Shown here piece by piece: positions 48,430 to 61,335 of a DNA stretch of 64,000 nt. Source of the DNA: Escherichia coli (lineage in GTDB: Bacteria > Pseudomonadota > Gammaproteobacteria > Enterobacterales > Enterobacteriaceae); the NCBI RefSeq assembly GCF_036507355.1, contig NZ_AP027877.1. One strand, written 5' to 3'. Below the pieces are notes generated by a model, which saw only the letters and a program-made list of their open reading frames with translations, ran no database searches and was not told where the DNA came from. The position numbers were made by a program, and so were the translations under genes. Within the stretch, counting starts at the first letter, position 1; each line of letters starts with the position of its first letter.

Positions 48430-49140
48430 ATGGCAACCACTCATTTGGATGTTTGCGCCGTGGTTCCGGCGGCCGGATTTGGCCGTCGAATGCAAACGGA
48501 ATGTCCTAAGCAATATCTCTCAATCGGTAATCAAACCATTCTTGAACACTCGGTGCATGCGCTGCTGGCGCATCCCCGGGTGAAACGTGTCGTCATTGCC
48601 ATAAGTCCTGGCGATAGCCGTTTTGCACAACTTCCTCTGGCGAATCATCCGCAAATCACCGTTGTAGATGGCGGTGATGAGCGTGCCGATTCCGTGCTGG
48701 CAGGTTTGAAAGCCGCTGGCGACGCGCAGTGGGTATTGGTGCATGACGCCGCTCGTCCTTGTCTGCATCAGGATGACCTCGCGCGATTGTTGGCGTTGAG
48801 CGAAACCAGCCGCACGGGAGGGATCCTAGCCGCACCAGTGCGCGATACTATGAAACGTGCCGAACCGGGCAAAAATGCCATTGCTCATACCGTTGATCGC
48901 AACGGCTTATGGCACGCGCTGACGCCGCAATTTTTCCCTCGTGAGCTGTTACATGACTGTCTGACGCGCGCTCTAAATGAAGGCGCGACTATTACCGACG
49001 AAGCCTCGGCGCTGGAATATTGCGGATTCCATCCTCAGTTGGTCGAAGGCCGTGCGGATAACATTAAAGTCACGCGCCCGGAGGATTTGGCACTGGCCGA
49101 GTTTTACCTCACCCGAACCATCCATCAGGAGAATACATAA
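48430..49140 (+). CDS. ispD: 2-C-methyl-D-erythritol 4-phosphate cytidylyltransferase
   Basis: 236-aa ORF. Confidence 0.95.
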
Positions 49141-49619
49141 TGCGAATTGGACACGGTTTTGACGTACACGCCTTTGGCGGTGAAGGCCCAATTATCATTG
49201 GTGGCGTACGCATTCCTTACGAAAAAGGATTGCTGGCGCATTCTGATGGCGACGTGGCGCTCCATGCGTTGACCGATGCATTGCTTGGCGCGGCGGCGCT
49301 GGGGGATATCGGCAAGCTGTTCCCGGATACCGATCCGGCATTTAAAGGTGCCGATAGCCGCGAGCTGCTACGCGAAGCCTGGCGTCGTATTCAGGCGAAG
49401 GGTTATACCCTTGGCAACGTCGATGTCACTATCATCGCTCAGGCACCGAAGATGTTGCCGCACATTCCACAAATGCGCGTGTTTATTGCCGAAGATCTCG
49501 GCTGCCATATGGATGATGTTAACGTGAAAGCCACTACTACGGAAAAACTTGGATTTACCGGACGTGGGGAAGGGATTGCCTGTGAAGCGGTGGCGCTACT
49601 CATTAAGGCAACAAAATGA
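49140..49619 (+). CDS. ispF: 2-C-methyl-D-erythritol 2,4-cyclodiphosphate synthase
   Basis: 159-aa ORF; TAATG overlap with ispD. Confidence 0.95.
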
Positions 49620-50645
49620 TTGAGTTTGATAATCTCACTTACCTCCACGGTAAACCGCAAGGCACCGGGCTGCTGAAAGCCAATCCGGAAGACTTTGTGG
49701 TGGTGGAAGATTTGGGCTTTGAGCCTGATGGTGAAGGTGAGCATATTCTGGTTAGAATCCTCAAAAACGGCTGCAATACCCGTTTTGTGGCGGATGCACT
49801 GGCGAAATTCCTGAAAATTCATGCCCGTGAAGTCAGCTTTGCTGGGCAAAAAGACAAACATGCTGTTACAGAACAGTGGTTATGCGCTCGCGTGCCGGGC
49901 AAGGAAATGCCCGATCTGAGCGCCTTTCAACTGGAAGGCTGCCAGGTGCTGGAGTATGCGCGGCACAAGCGCAAGCTGCGTTTAGGGGCGCTGAAAGGTA
50001 ACGCCTTTACCCTGGTTCTGCGCGAAGTGAGCAATCGCGATGACGTTGAACAACGTCTGATCGATATTTGCGTAAAAGGTGTACCGAACTACTTCGGTGC
50101 CCAACGTTTTGGGATTGGCGGTAGCAACTTGCAGGGCGCGCTGCGCTGGGCGCAAACCAATACTCCGGTGCGCGATCGCAATAAACGGAGTTTTTGGTTG
50201 TCGGCAGCCCGCAGTGCGTTGTTTAATCAGATTGTTGCTGAGCGCCTCAAAAAAGCAGACGTTAATCAAGTTGTTGACGGCGATGCGCTACAATTAGCCG
50301 GACGTGGTAGCTGGTTTGTCGCAACCACCGAAGAACTGGCGGAATTACAGCGTCGCGTCAACGATAAAGAGCTGATGATAACCGCCGCATTGCCGGGCAG
50401 TGGCGAATGGGGAACTCAGCGTGAAGCGCTGGCATTCGAACAAGCAGCTGTCGCCGCAGAAACTGAATTACAAGCTTTACTGGTGCGCGAAAAAGTTGAA
50501 GCCGCGCGCAGAGCGATGCTGCTGTATCCGCAACAATTAAGCTGGAACTGGTGGGATGACGTCACCGTAGAGATCCGTTTCTGGCTTCCGGCGGGTAGTT
50601 TTGCAACCAGCGTTGTCAGGGAACTTATCAACACAACAGGTGATT

Positions 50646-50665
<20 letters not shown>
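49616..50665 (+). CDS. truD: tRNA pseudouridine(13) synthase TruD
   Basis: 349-aa ORF. Confidence 0.9.
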
Positions 50666-52027
<1,362 letters not shown>

Positions 52028-52166
52028 AACGTGAGGAAATACCTGGATTTTTCCTGGTTATTTTGCCGCAGGTCAGCGTATCGTGAACATCTTTTCCAGT
52101 GTTCAGTATGGTGCCCTGCACGGTAATTATGTCACTGGTTATTAACCAATTTTTCCTGGGGGATAA

Positions 52167-53306
52167 ATGAGCGCGGGAAGCCCAAAATTCACCGTTCGCC
52201 GCATTGCGGCTTTGTCACTGGTTTCGCTATGGCTGGCAGGCTGTTCTGACACTTCAAATCCACCGGCACCGGTCAGTTCCGTCAATGGCAATGCGCCTGC
52301 AAATACCAATTCTGGTATGTTGATTACGCCGCCGCCGAAAATGGGGACGACGTCTACAGCGCAGCAACCGCAAATTCAGCCGGTACAGCAGCCACAAATT
52401 CAGGCTACTCAACAACCGCAAATCCAGCCAGTGCAGCCAGTAGCTCAGCAGCCGGTACAGATGGAAAACGGACGCATCGTCTATAACCGTCAGTATGGGA
52501 ACATTCCGAAAGGCAGTTATAGCGGCAGTACATACACCGTGAAAAAAGGCGACACACTTTTCTATATCGCCTGGATTACTGGCAACGATTTCCGTGACCT
52601 TGCTCAGCGCAACAATATTCAGGCACCATACGCGCTGAACGTTGGTCAGACCTTACAGGTGGGGAATGCTTCCGGTACGCCAATCACTGGCGGAAATGCC
52701 ATTACCCAGGCCGACGCAGCAGAGCAAGGAGTTGTGATCAAGCCTGCACAAAATTCCACCGTTGCTGTTGCGTCGCAACCGACAATTACGTATTCTGAGT
52801 CTTCGGGTGAACAGAGTGCTAACAAAATGTTGCCGAACAACAAGCCAACTGCGACCACGGTCACAGCGCCTGTAACGGTACCAACAGCAAGCACAACCGA
52901 GCCGACTGTCAGCAGTACATCAACCAGTACGCCTATCTCCACCTGGCGCTGGCCGACTGAGGGCAAAGTGATCGAAACCTTTGGCGCTTCTGAGGGGGGC
53001 AACAAGGGGATTGATATCGCAGGCAGCAAAGGACAGGCAATTATCGCGACCGCAGATGGCCGCGTTGTTTATGCTGGTAACGCGCTGCGCGGCTACGGTA
53101 ATCTGATTATCATCAAACATAATGATGATTACCTGAGTGCCTACGCCCATAACGACACAATGCTGGTCCGGGAACAACAAGAAGTGAAGGCGGGGCAAAA
53201 AATAGCAACCATGGGTAGCACCGGAACCAGTTCAACACGCTTGCATTTTGAAATTCGTTACAAGGGGAAATCCGTAAACCCGCTGCGTTATTTGCCGCAG
53301 CGATAA
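52167..53306 (+). CDS. nlpD: Murein hydrolase activator lipoprotein NlpD (LysM and M23 domains); rpoS promoters are known to lie within it
   Basis: 379-aa ORF with lipobox LAGC and Q/P-rich tandem repeats. Confidence 0.9.
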   Translation: MSAGSPKFTVRRIAALSLVSLWLAGCSDTSNPPAPVSSVNGNAPANTNSGMLITPPPKMGTTSTAQQPQIQPVQQPQIQATQQPQIQPVQPVAQQPVQMENGRIVYNRQYGNIPKGSYSGSTYTVKKGDTLFYIAWITGNDFRDLAQRNNIQAPYALNVGQTLQVGNASGTPITGGNAITQADAAEQGVVIKPAQNSTVAVASQPTITYSESSGEQSANKMLPNNKPTATTVTAPVTVPTASTTEPTVSSTSTSTPISTWRWPTEGKVIETFGASEGGNKGIDIAGSKGQAIIATADGRVVYAGNALRGYGNLIIIKHNDDYLSAYAHNDTMLVREQQEVKAGQKIATMGSTGTSSTRLHFEIRYKGKSVNPLRYLPQR

Positions 53307-53368
53307 ATCGGCGGAACCAGGCTTTTGCTTGAATGTTCCGTCAAGGGATCACGGGTAGGAGCCACCTT

Positions 53369-54361
53369 ATGAGTCAGAATACGCTGAAAGTTCATGATTT
53401 AAATGAAGATGCGGAATTTGATGAGAACGGAGTTGAGGTTTTTGACGAAAAGGCCTTAGTAGAAGAGGAACCCAGTGATAACGATTTGGCCGAAGAGGAA
53501 CTGTTATCGCAGGGAGCCACACAGCGTGTGTTGGACGCGACTCAGCTTTACCTTGGTGAGATTGGTTATTCACCACTGTTAACGGCCGAAGAAGAAGTTT
53601 ATTTTGCGCGTCGCGCACTGCGTGGAGATGTCGCCTCTCGCCGCCGGATGATCGAGAGTAACTTGCGTCTGGTGGTAAAAATTGCCCGCCGTTATGGCAA
53701 TCGTGGTCTGGCGTTGCTGGACCTTATCGAAGAGGGCAACCTGGGGCTGATCCGCGCGGTAGAGAAGTTTGACCCGGAACGTGGTTTCCGCTTCTCAACA
53801 TACGCAACCTGGTGGATTCGCCAGACGATTGAACGGGCGATTATGAACCAAACCCGTACTATTCGTTTGCCGATTCACATCGTAAAGGAGCTGAACGTTT
53901 ACCTGCGAACCGCACGTGAGTTGTCCCATAAGCTGGACCATGAACCAAGTGCGGAAGAGATCGCAGAGCAACTGGATAAGCCAGTTGATGACGTCAGCCG
54001 TATGCTTCGTCTTAACGAGCGCATTACCTCGGTAGACACCCCGCTGGGTGGTGATTCCGAAAAAGCGTTGCTGGACATCCTGGCCGATGAAAAAGAGAAC
54101 GGTCCGGAAGATACCACGCAAGATGACGATATGAAGCAGAGCATCGTCAAATGGCTGTTCGAGCTGAACGCCAAACAGCGTGAAGTACTGGCACGTCGAT
54201 TCGGTTTGCTGGGGTACGAAGCGGCAACACTGGAAGATGTAGGTCGTGAAATTGGCCTCACCCGTGAACGTGTTCGCCAGATTCAGGTTGAAGGCCTGCG
54301 CCGTTTGCGCGAAATCCTGCAAACGCAGGGGCTGAATATCGAAGCGCTGTTCCGCGAATAA
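53369..54361 (+). CDS. rpoS: RNA polymerase sigma factor RpoS (codon 33 is GAG, intact)
   Basis: 330-aa product starting [14 protein letters not shown] inside the longer track ORF. Confidence 0.95.
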   Translation: MSQNTLKVHDLNEDAEFDENGVEVFDEKALVEEEPSDNDLAEEELLSQGATQRVLDATQLYLGEIGYSPLLTAEEEVYFARRALRGDVASRRRMIESNLRLVVKIARRYGNRGLALLDLIEEGNLGLIRAVEKFDPERGFRFSTYATWWIRQTIERAIMNQTRTIRLPIHIVKELNVYLRTARELSHKLDHEPSAEEIAEQLDKPVDDVSRMLRLNERITSVDTPLGGDSEKALLDILADEKENGPEDTTQDDDMKQSIVKWLFELNAKQREVLARRFGLLGYEAATLEDVGREIGLTRERVRQIQVEGLRRLREILQTQGLNIEALFRE

Positions 54362-54378
54362 GTAAGCATCTGTCAGAA

Positions 54379-54412
54379 AGGCCAGTCTCAAGCGAGGCTG
54401 GCCTTTTTCTTT
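54379..54412 (+). terminator. Rho-independent terminator after rpoS
   Basis: aaggccagtctcaagcgaggctggcctttttcttttg. Confidence 0.8.
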
Positions 54413-54480
54413 TGTTTGGGAAGCTTGTGTTTTTGTCGCCTGGATAAGACACGTCAGCGTCCTACCCGGCAATTTGCATC

Positions 54481-54888
54481 CTATGTGTTCATCATCTTGC
54501 GCACCAGCTGCACAAACAGCTCCTGCTCTTCTGCACTCAAACGCCCCAAAAATTCCTCATCCACGCTGTCACCAATCGGTATCGCCGCAGCAAGTATCTT
54601 TTCTCCTTCGGCAGTCAGCCAGACAAAGCGACGCCGCTTGTCAGCGGCATCATGTTCACGTCTGACTAAGCCACGATTCTCCATTCTTGCCAACATTTCT
54701 GCCAACGTTGCTTTGGTGCTGACTGCTGCTTCTATCAGTGCCACCTGTTCGATACCAGGCTTATCAGCAATGGCGCGCATCACCGCATACTGTGGTTTGG
54801 TCAGGTCAGGTAACTCGTGCTGCCAGCGAGCCGTGTGCTGCTGAAAAAGCTGTCGTAACTGATGGAACGCTTTATTTCGTAACGCCAT
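54481..54888 (-). CDS. MarR/SlyA-family transcriptional regulator, divergent from the decarboxylase operon
   Basis: 135-aa ORF with winged-helix region. Confidence 0.8.
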   Translation of the reverse strand: MALRNKAFHQLRQLFQQHTARWQHELPDLTKPQYAVMRAIADKPGIEQVALIEAAVSTKATLAEMLARMENRGLVRREHDAADKRRRFVWLTAEGEKILAAAIPIGDSVDEEFLGRLSAEEQELFVQLVRKMMNT

Positions 54889-55003
54889 GTAAACTCCGGG
54901 CTAATTCTCTGTCGCTATCATAGCGGTTTTTTAGTGACGAAGAAGATGTTGTTACTTTTCAATCCTTGCCGCTGTGGAAATGAAGGAGTATGTTAATAAT
55001 AAC

Positions 55004-55017
55004 GTTCGTATACGAAC
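55004..55017. promoter_or_regulatory. Perfect 14-bp palindrome GTTCGTATACGAAC, candidate MarR operator
   Basis: Read directly; 18 bp upstream of the ecdB ATG in the divergent intergenic region. Confidence 0.4.
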
Positions 55018-55034
55018 AATTAAGAGAATAAGCA

Positions 55035-55628
55035 ATGAAACTGATCGTCGGGATGACAGGGGCTACCGGTGCGCCTCTTGGTGTGGCATTACTGCAAGCG
55101 CTGCGGGAGATGCCGAATGTCGAGACTCATCTGGTGATGTCGAAGTGGGCGAAAACCACCATTGAACTGGAAACGCCTTACAGCGCCCGCGATGTTGCTG
55201 CCCTCGCTGACTTCAGCCATAACCCGGCGGATCAGGCGGCGACCATCTCCTCAGGTTCCTTTCGTACCGACGGCATGATCGTTATTCCGTGCAGTATGAA
55301 AACGCTCGCCGGTATCCGCGCTGGTTACGCCGATGGCCTGGTAGGGCGCGCGGCGGACGTCGTGCTCAAAGAAGGCCGCAAACTGGTGCTGGTGCCGCGT
55401 GAAATGCCGCTTAGCACCATCCATCTCGAAAATATGCTCGCACTTTCACGCATGGGCGTGGCGATGGTGCCGCCGATGCCTGCCTTTTATAACCATCCCG
55501 AAACGGTAGATGACATTGTCCACCATGTAGTAGCCCGCGTGCTGGATCAATTTGGCCTCGAACATCCCCACGCCAGGCGCTGGCAAGGATTGCCGCAGGC
55601 CCGGAATTTTTCTCAGGAGAATGAATAA
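55035..55628 (+). CDS. ecdB: UbiX-like flavin prenyltransferase (Pad1/EcdB)
   Basis: 197-aa ORF MKLIVGMTGATGAPLG…. Confidence 0.85.
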   Translation: MKLIVGMTGATGAPLGVALLQALREMPNVETHLVMSKWAKTTIELETPYSARDVAALADFSHNPADQAATISSGSFRTDGMIVIPCSMKTLAGIRAGYADGLVGRAADVVLKEGRKLVLVPREMPLSTIHLENMLALSRMGVAMVPPMPAFYNHPETVDDIVHHVVARVLDQFGLEHPHARRWQGLPQARNFSQENE

Positions 55629-57055
55629 TGGCATTTGATGATTTACGCAGCTTTTTACAGGCGCTTGATGACCACGGCCAGTTACTGAAAATCAGCGAAG
55701 AGGTGAACGCGGAACCGGATCTGGCAGCAGCAGCTAACGCCACCGGGCGTATCGGTGACGGCGCGCCCGCGCTGTGGTTTGATAATATTCGCGGCTTTAC
55801 CGATGCCCGCGTGGCAATGAACACCATCGGTTCCTGGCAGAACCACGCGATTTCCCTCGGCCTGTCGCCAAACACCCCGGTCAAAAAGCAGATTGATGAG
55901 TTTATCCGCCGCTGGGATAACTTCCCGATTGCCCCGGAGCGCCGCGCCAATCCAGCCTGGGCGCAGAACACCGTCGATGGCGACGAGATCAACCTGTTCG
56001 ATATCCTGCCGCTGTTTCGTTTAAACGATGGCGATGGCGGTTTCTATCTCGACAAAGCGTGCGTGGTTTCCCGCGATCCGCTCGACCCGGATAACTTCGG
56101 CAAGCAGAACGTCGGCATCTACCGCATGGAAGTGAAGGGCAAGCGTAAGCTCGGCCTGCAACCGGTGCCGATGCACGATATCGCCCTGCATCTGCATAAA
56201 GCGGAAGAGCGCGGTGAAGATCTGCCGATTGCGATCACGCTCGGTAACGATCCGATCATCACGCTGATGGGGGCCACGCCGCTGAAATACGAACAGTCTG
56301 AGTATGAAATGGCAGGTGCGCTGCGTGAAAGCCCGTACCCGATCGCCACCGCCCCGCTGACCGGTTTTGATGTGCCGTGGGGTTCAGAAGTGATCCTCGA
56401 AGGGGTCATCGAAAGCCGTAAACGCGAAATCGAAGGGCCGTTCGGTGAGTTTACCGGACACTACTCCGGCGGGCGTAACATGACCGTGGTGCGCATCGAT
56501 AAAGTCTCTTACCGCACCAGGCCGATTTTCGAATCGCTGTACCTCGGCATGCCGTGGACCGAAATCGACTACCTGATGGGGCCAGCCACCTGTGTGCCGC
56601 TGTATCAGCAACTTAAAGCCGAGTTCCCGGAAGTACAGGCGGTGAACGCCATGTACAACCACGGCCTGCTGGCGATTATCTCCACCAAAAAACGCTACGG
56701 CGGCTTTGCCCGCGCGGTGGGCCTGCGTGCGATGACCACGCCGCACGGTCTGGGCTACGTAAAGATGGTGATTATGGTCGATGAAGACGTTGACCCGTTC
56801 AACCTGCCGCAGGTGATGTGGGCGCTCTCCTCGAAAGTAAATCCGGCAGGGGATTTGGTGCAGTTGCCGAATATGTCCGTGCTGGAACTCGACCCTGGCT
56901 CAAGCCCGGCGGGGATCACCGACAAGCTGATTATCGACGCCACCACGCCTGTCGCCCCGGACAACCGTGGTCACTACAGCCAGCCGGTGGTGGATTTGCC
57001 GGAAACCAAAGCCTGGGCTGAAAAACTGACCGCTATGCTGGCCGCACGTAAATAA
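55628..57055 (+). CDS. ecdC: UbiD-family (prFMN-dependent) decarboxylase (YclC/EcdC)
   Basis: 475-aa ORF; TAATG overlap with ecdB. Confidence 0.85.
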   Translation: MAFDDLRSFLQALDDHGQLLKISEEVNAEPDLAAAANATGRIGDGAPALWFDNIRGFTDARVAMNTIGSWQNHAISLGLSPNTPVKKQIDEFIRRWDNFPIAPERRANPAWAQNTVDGDEINLFDILPLFRLNDGDGGFYLDKACVVSRDPLDPDNFGKQNVGIYRMEVKGKRKLGLQPVPMHDIALHLHKAEERGEDLPIAITLGNDPIITLMGATPLKYEQSEYEMAGALRESPYPIATAPLTGFDVPWGSEVILEGVIESRKREIEGPFGEFTGHYSGGRNMTVVRIDKVSYRTRPIFESLYLGMPWTEIDYLMGPATCVPLYQQLKAEFPEVQAVNAMYNHGLLAIISTKKRYGGFARAVGLRAMTTPHGLGYVKMVIMVDEDVDPFNLPQVMWALSSKVNPAGDLVQLPNMSVLELDPGSSPAGITDKLIIDATTPVAPDNRGHYSQPVVDLPETKAWAEKLTAMLAARK

Positions 57056-57065
57056 GGAGAACAAG

Positions 57066-57302
57066 ATGATTTGTCCACGTTGTGCCGATGAACAGATTGA
57101 AGTGATGGCGAAATCGCCGGTGAAAGATGTCTGGACGGTATATCAGTGCCAGCATTGCCTTTATACCTGGCGCGATACCGAACCGCTACGTCGCATCAGC
57201 CGCGAACATTATCCCGAAGCGTTCCGCATGACGCAGAAAGATATTGATGACGCGCCAATGGTGCCGAGCATTCCGCCGCTGCTGGCGGCAGATAAGCGCT
57301 AA
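57066..57302 (+). CDS. ecdD: Small zinc-ribbon subunit of the decarboxylase (BsdD/VdcD-like, EcdD)
   Basis: 78-aa ORF with CPRC…CQHC. Confidence 0.75.
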   Translation: MICPRCADEQIEVMAKSPVKDVWTVYQCQHCLYTWRDTEPLRRISREHYPEAFRMTQKDIDDAPMVPSIPPLLAADKR

Positions 57303-57310
57303 TAAAAAGT

Positions 57311-57338
57311 GCCGGGTAGTGGCTTTGCTTTACCCGGC
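57311..57338. terminator. Hairpin between the convergent ecdD and pphB
   Basis: gccgggta…tacccggc stem. Confidence 0.5.
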
Positions 57339-57342
57339 CTCA

Positions 57343-57999
57343 TTACTTTATTTTATAAAATGACAGCCGCCCGCTTTTCGGCGATCCGGTATCAATATAA
57401 ATCTGGTTAGCGAACGTCTGAATGTTATCAAGCATCATATGTCCAAATATAAAATAATCAGCGCCGTTTATTTGTTGTAACTCGCCATTAAGAGATTTCT
57501 GCACACGATCAACAGGCCAAAGTAATTCGCTCTCCGCTATTTGTTTGCCAAAGAGATATTCATTGCCCGGATAATCCGCATGTGCGATGACATATTTTAT
57601 AATGTCGTTGGTAATTTCAATAATATGTGGAAGTTGATGAAATTTCAGCAATAGACCTATAGCTTCTTTTTGTTCCATATCATTTAACTCAAAGAACCAG
57701 TCACCACCGCTGGCAAGCCACATATTGCCATCGCCGGTCGCGAACGCATCCAGCGCCATTGCTTCGTGGTTGCCTTTAACGGAGATAAACCAGGGCTGGT
57801 TTAGCAGGCGCAGGACGTCAAGACTCTCCGGCCCACGATCAATATTATCGCCGACAGAAATAAGTAAGTCGGTTTCGGGGAAAAAAGAGAGTTGATGTAA
57901 GCGGGATTGTAATAACTGATATTCACCATGAATATCACCAACGACCCATATATGGCGATAGTGATGGGCATTGATTTTTTGATAGCGTGTAGATGGCAT
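57343..57999 (-). CDS. pphB: Serine/threonine protein phosphatase 2 (PphB/PrpB)
   Basis: 218-aa ORF with metallophosphatase motifs GDIHG and GNHE. Confidence 0.9.
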   Translation of the reverse strand: MPSTRYQKINAHHYRHIWVVGDIHGEYQLLQSRLHQLSFFPETDLLISVGDNIDRGPESLDVLRLLNQPWFISVKGNHEAMALDAFATGDGNMWLASGGDWFFELNDMEQKEAIGLLLKFHQLPHIIEITNDIIKYVIAHADYPGNEYLFGKQIAESELLWPVDRVQKSLNGELQQINGADYFIFGHMMLDNIQTFANQIYIDTGSPKSGRLSFYKIK

Positions 58000-58104
58000 G
58001 GTTTTACCCTGTAAAATAAGCTTTCCTATTATACAGGGTATTTTTATTTGATTCGTCAGCTGTAGATAATATTCCCGATAGTATTTTTCTACCGGGAATT
58101 ATAA

Positions 58105-60666
58105 TTACACCAGACTCTTCAAGCGATAAATCCACTCCAGCGCCTGACGCGGGGTGAGTGAATCCGGATCGAGGTTTTCCAGTGCCTCGACCGCAGGCGA
58201 GGTTTCTTCTGGCACTGACAGCAAAGACATTTGCGTACCATCCACTTGCGTAGCGGCGGCGTTCGGCGAAATGCTTTCCAGCTCACGCAGTTTTTGCCGT
58301 GCGCGCTTAATAACCTCTTTTGGCACGCCGGCCAGAGCTGCAACCGCCAGGCCGTAGCTTTTGCTCGCCGCGCCATCCTGCACGCTATGCATAAAGGCAA
58401 TGGTGTCGCCGTGCTCCAGTGCATCGAGATGCACGTTGGCGACGCCTTCCATTTTCTCCGGTAACTGGGTCAGCTCGAAATAGTGGGTAGCAAACAGCGT
58501 CAATGCCTTAATCTTATTCGCCAGATTTTCCGCGCACGCCCATGCCAGTGACAGACCATCGTAAGTGGACGTTCCACGCCCGATCTCATCCATTAACACC
58601 AGACTGTATTCGGTGGCGTTATGTAAAATATTGGCGGTTTCAGTCATCTCCACCATAAAGGTTGAGCGCCCGGAAGCCAGGTCATCTGCCGCGCCTACGC
58701 GGGTAAAGATGCGATCGATAGGTCCAATCTCGACTTTTTGTGCCGGTACATAGCTGCCGATGTAGGCCATCAGCGCAATCAGTGCGGTCTGGCGCATATA
58801 GGTACTTTTACCGCCCATGTTCGGGCCGGTAATAATCAACATCCGGCGCTGCGGTGACAGATTCAGCGGGTTGGCGATAAATGGCTCGTTCAGCACCTGT
58901 TCAACCACCGGATGGCGGCCTTCGGTAATGCGAATGCCCGGTTTATCAATAAAGGTCGGGCAGGTGTAGTTCAGGGTATAGGCCCGTTCCGCCAGGTTCA
59001 CCAGCACGTCGAGTTCCGCCAGCGCGCTCGCGCTCTGTTGCAACGCTTCCAGATGCGGCAACAGCAGGTCGAACAGCTCTTCATAAAGCTGTTTTTCCAG
59101 AGCCAGTGCTTTGCCTTTTGAAGTGAGGACTTTATCTTCGTACTCTTTTAGCTCTGGAATGATGTAGCGCTCGGCGTTTTTCAGCGTCTGGCGACGCATA
59201 TAGTTGATAGGTGCCAGATGGCTTTGCCCACGGCTGATTTGAATGTAGTAGCCGTGCACCGCATTAAAGCCAACTTTTAGCGTGTCCAGGCCGGTACGTT
59301 CACGCTCGCGGACTTCCAGACGCTCCAGATAATCGGTCGCGCCGTCAGCCAGCGCGCGCCACTCATCCAGCTCTTCGTTATAGCCCGATGCGATAACACC
59401 ACCGTCGCGTACCAGCACCGGCGGTGTGTCGATGATTGCTCGCTCCAGCAGATCGCGCAGCTCGGCAAACTCGCCCATCTTCTCACGCAGCGCCTGTACC
59501 GGTGCACTATCGACAGTTTCTAACTGCGCACGCAGCTCCGGCAGTTGCTGGAAAGCGTGGCGCATACGGGCCAGATCGCGTGGGCGAGCGGTACGCAACG
59601 CCAGACGCGCCAGAATACGTTCCAGGTCGCCGACCTGACGCAGTACCGGCTGTAGCTCGGCGGTGAAATCCTGCAATGCGCCAATAGTTTGCTGGCGCTC
59701 AAGCAACACGCGGGTATCGCGCACTGGCATATGCAGCCAGCGTTTCAGCATACGGCTGCCCATCGGCGTGACGGTGCAGTCGAGCACAGAAGCCAGCGTA
59801 TTTTCCGCACCACCCGCCAGGTTCTGGGTGATTTCCAGATTACGACGCGTCGCGGCATCCATAATGATGCTGTCCTGCTCACGTTCCATGGTGATGGAAC
59901 GAATATGCGGCAGAGTCGTACGTTGGGTATCTTTCGCATACTGCAACAGACAACCGGCAGCACAAAGTCCGCGCGGCGCGTTCTCGACGCCAAAACCGAC
60001 CAGATCGCGAGTGCCAAATTGCAGATTCAACTGCTGGCGCGCGGTGTCGATTTCAAACTCCCACAGCGGGCGACGGCGCAGGCCGCGACGGCCTTCAATT
60101 AACGACATTTCAGCAAAATCTTCTGCATACAGCAATTCCGCAGGATTAGTGCGTTGCAGTTCTGCCGCCATCGTTTCCCGGTCAGCCGGTTCGCTCAGGC
60201 GAAAACGCCCGGAGCTGATATCCAGCGTCGCGTAGCCGAAACCTTTGCTGTCCTGCCAGATAGCCGCCAGCAGGTTGTCCTGACGCTCCTGCAACAGGGC
60301 TTCATCGCTGATGGTGCCTGGCGTAACGATACGCACAACTTTGCGCTCAACCGGACCTTTGCTGGTCGCCGGATCGCCAATTTGTTCGCAGATGGCAACG
60401 GACTCGCCCTGATTCACCAGTTTGGCGAGGTAGTTTTCCACCGCATGGTAGGGAATCCCCGCCATCGGGATCGGCTCTCCCGCCGAAGCACCGCGTTTGG
60501 TCAGTGAAATATCCAGCAGTTGCGACGCGCGTTTTGCGTCGTCATAAAACAGTTCATAAAAATCACCCATCCGGTAAAACAGCAGGATCTCGGGATGCTG
60601 GGCTTTCAGCTTGAGATACTGCTGCATCATGGGCGTATGGGCGTCGAAATTTTCTATTGCACTCAT
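58105..60666 (-). CDS. mutS: DNA mismatch repair protein MutS
   Basis: 853-aa ORF. Confidence 0.97.
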
Positions 60667-60952
60667 GGGGTTATGTCCGGTTCCCTGATATTAAATGGGG
60701 TGTGATGGTTTTTATTTTCGTTGTAATCACATAAGGCGCACATGATACCGGAGTTAATCATTTCAGGGGAAGAAGCGAACGGCGAGTTCTTGATGCTGGT
60801 TCCGGGAAAGATGCTGTTTTGCAGCTTTTGCGTGATGCTTATGAAGCAAGTACGCAAAATTGCGTCGGTTGAATAAACCTCCTCCTTCAGAGCCATAGTC
60901 CCCTTTCAAATTAAGTTGTAGTATAAATACACCTTAAGAGTATGGAGGCAGC

Positions 60953-61297
60953 ATGTCCGGCAAGCGTATCTCTCGTGAAAAACTGACGATTAAAAAAATG
61001 ATCGATCTTTATCAAGCGAAATGCCCGCAGGCGTCAGCGGAGCCGGAGCATTACGAGGCGTTGTTTGTTTACGCGCAAAAGCGGCTGGATAAATGTGTGT
61101 TCGGCGAAGAGAAGCCAGCCTGTAAGCAGTGTCCGGTGCACTGTTACCAGCCTGCAAAGCGTGAGGAGATGAAACAGATTATGCGTTGGGCCGGGCCGAG
61201 AATGCTGTGGCGTCATCCGATCTTAACCGTGCGTCATCTCATCGATGACAAGCGTCCGGTGCCAGAGTTGCCAGAAAAATATCGTCCAAAGAAATAA
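60953..61297 (+). CDS. ygbA: Nitrous-oxide-stimulated promoter family protein YgbA
   Basis: 114-aa Cys-rich ORF. Confidence 0.8.
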   Translation: MSGKRISREKLTIKKMIDLYQAKCPQASAEPEHYEALFVYAQKRLDKCVFGEEKPACKQCPVHCYQPAKREEMKQIMRWAGPRMLWRHPILTVRHLIDDKRPVPELPEKYRPKK

Positions 61298-61335
61298 ATC
61301 TGCCGGAGAGCCATACTCTCCGGCAAATAAGGCGC

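Noticed and set aside
54974-55165. 63-aa ORF overlapping the ecdB start
   Set aside because: Out of frame with and overlapping the well-supported UbiX-like gene; no RBS.
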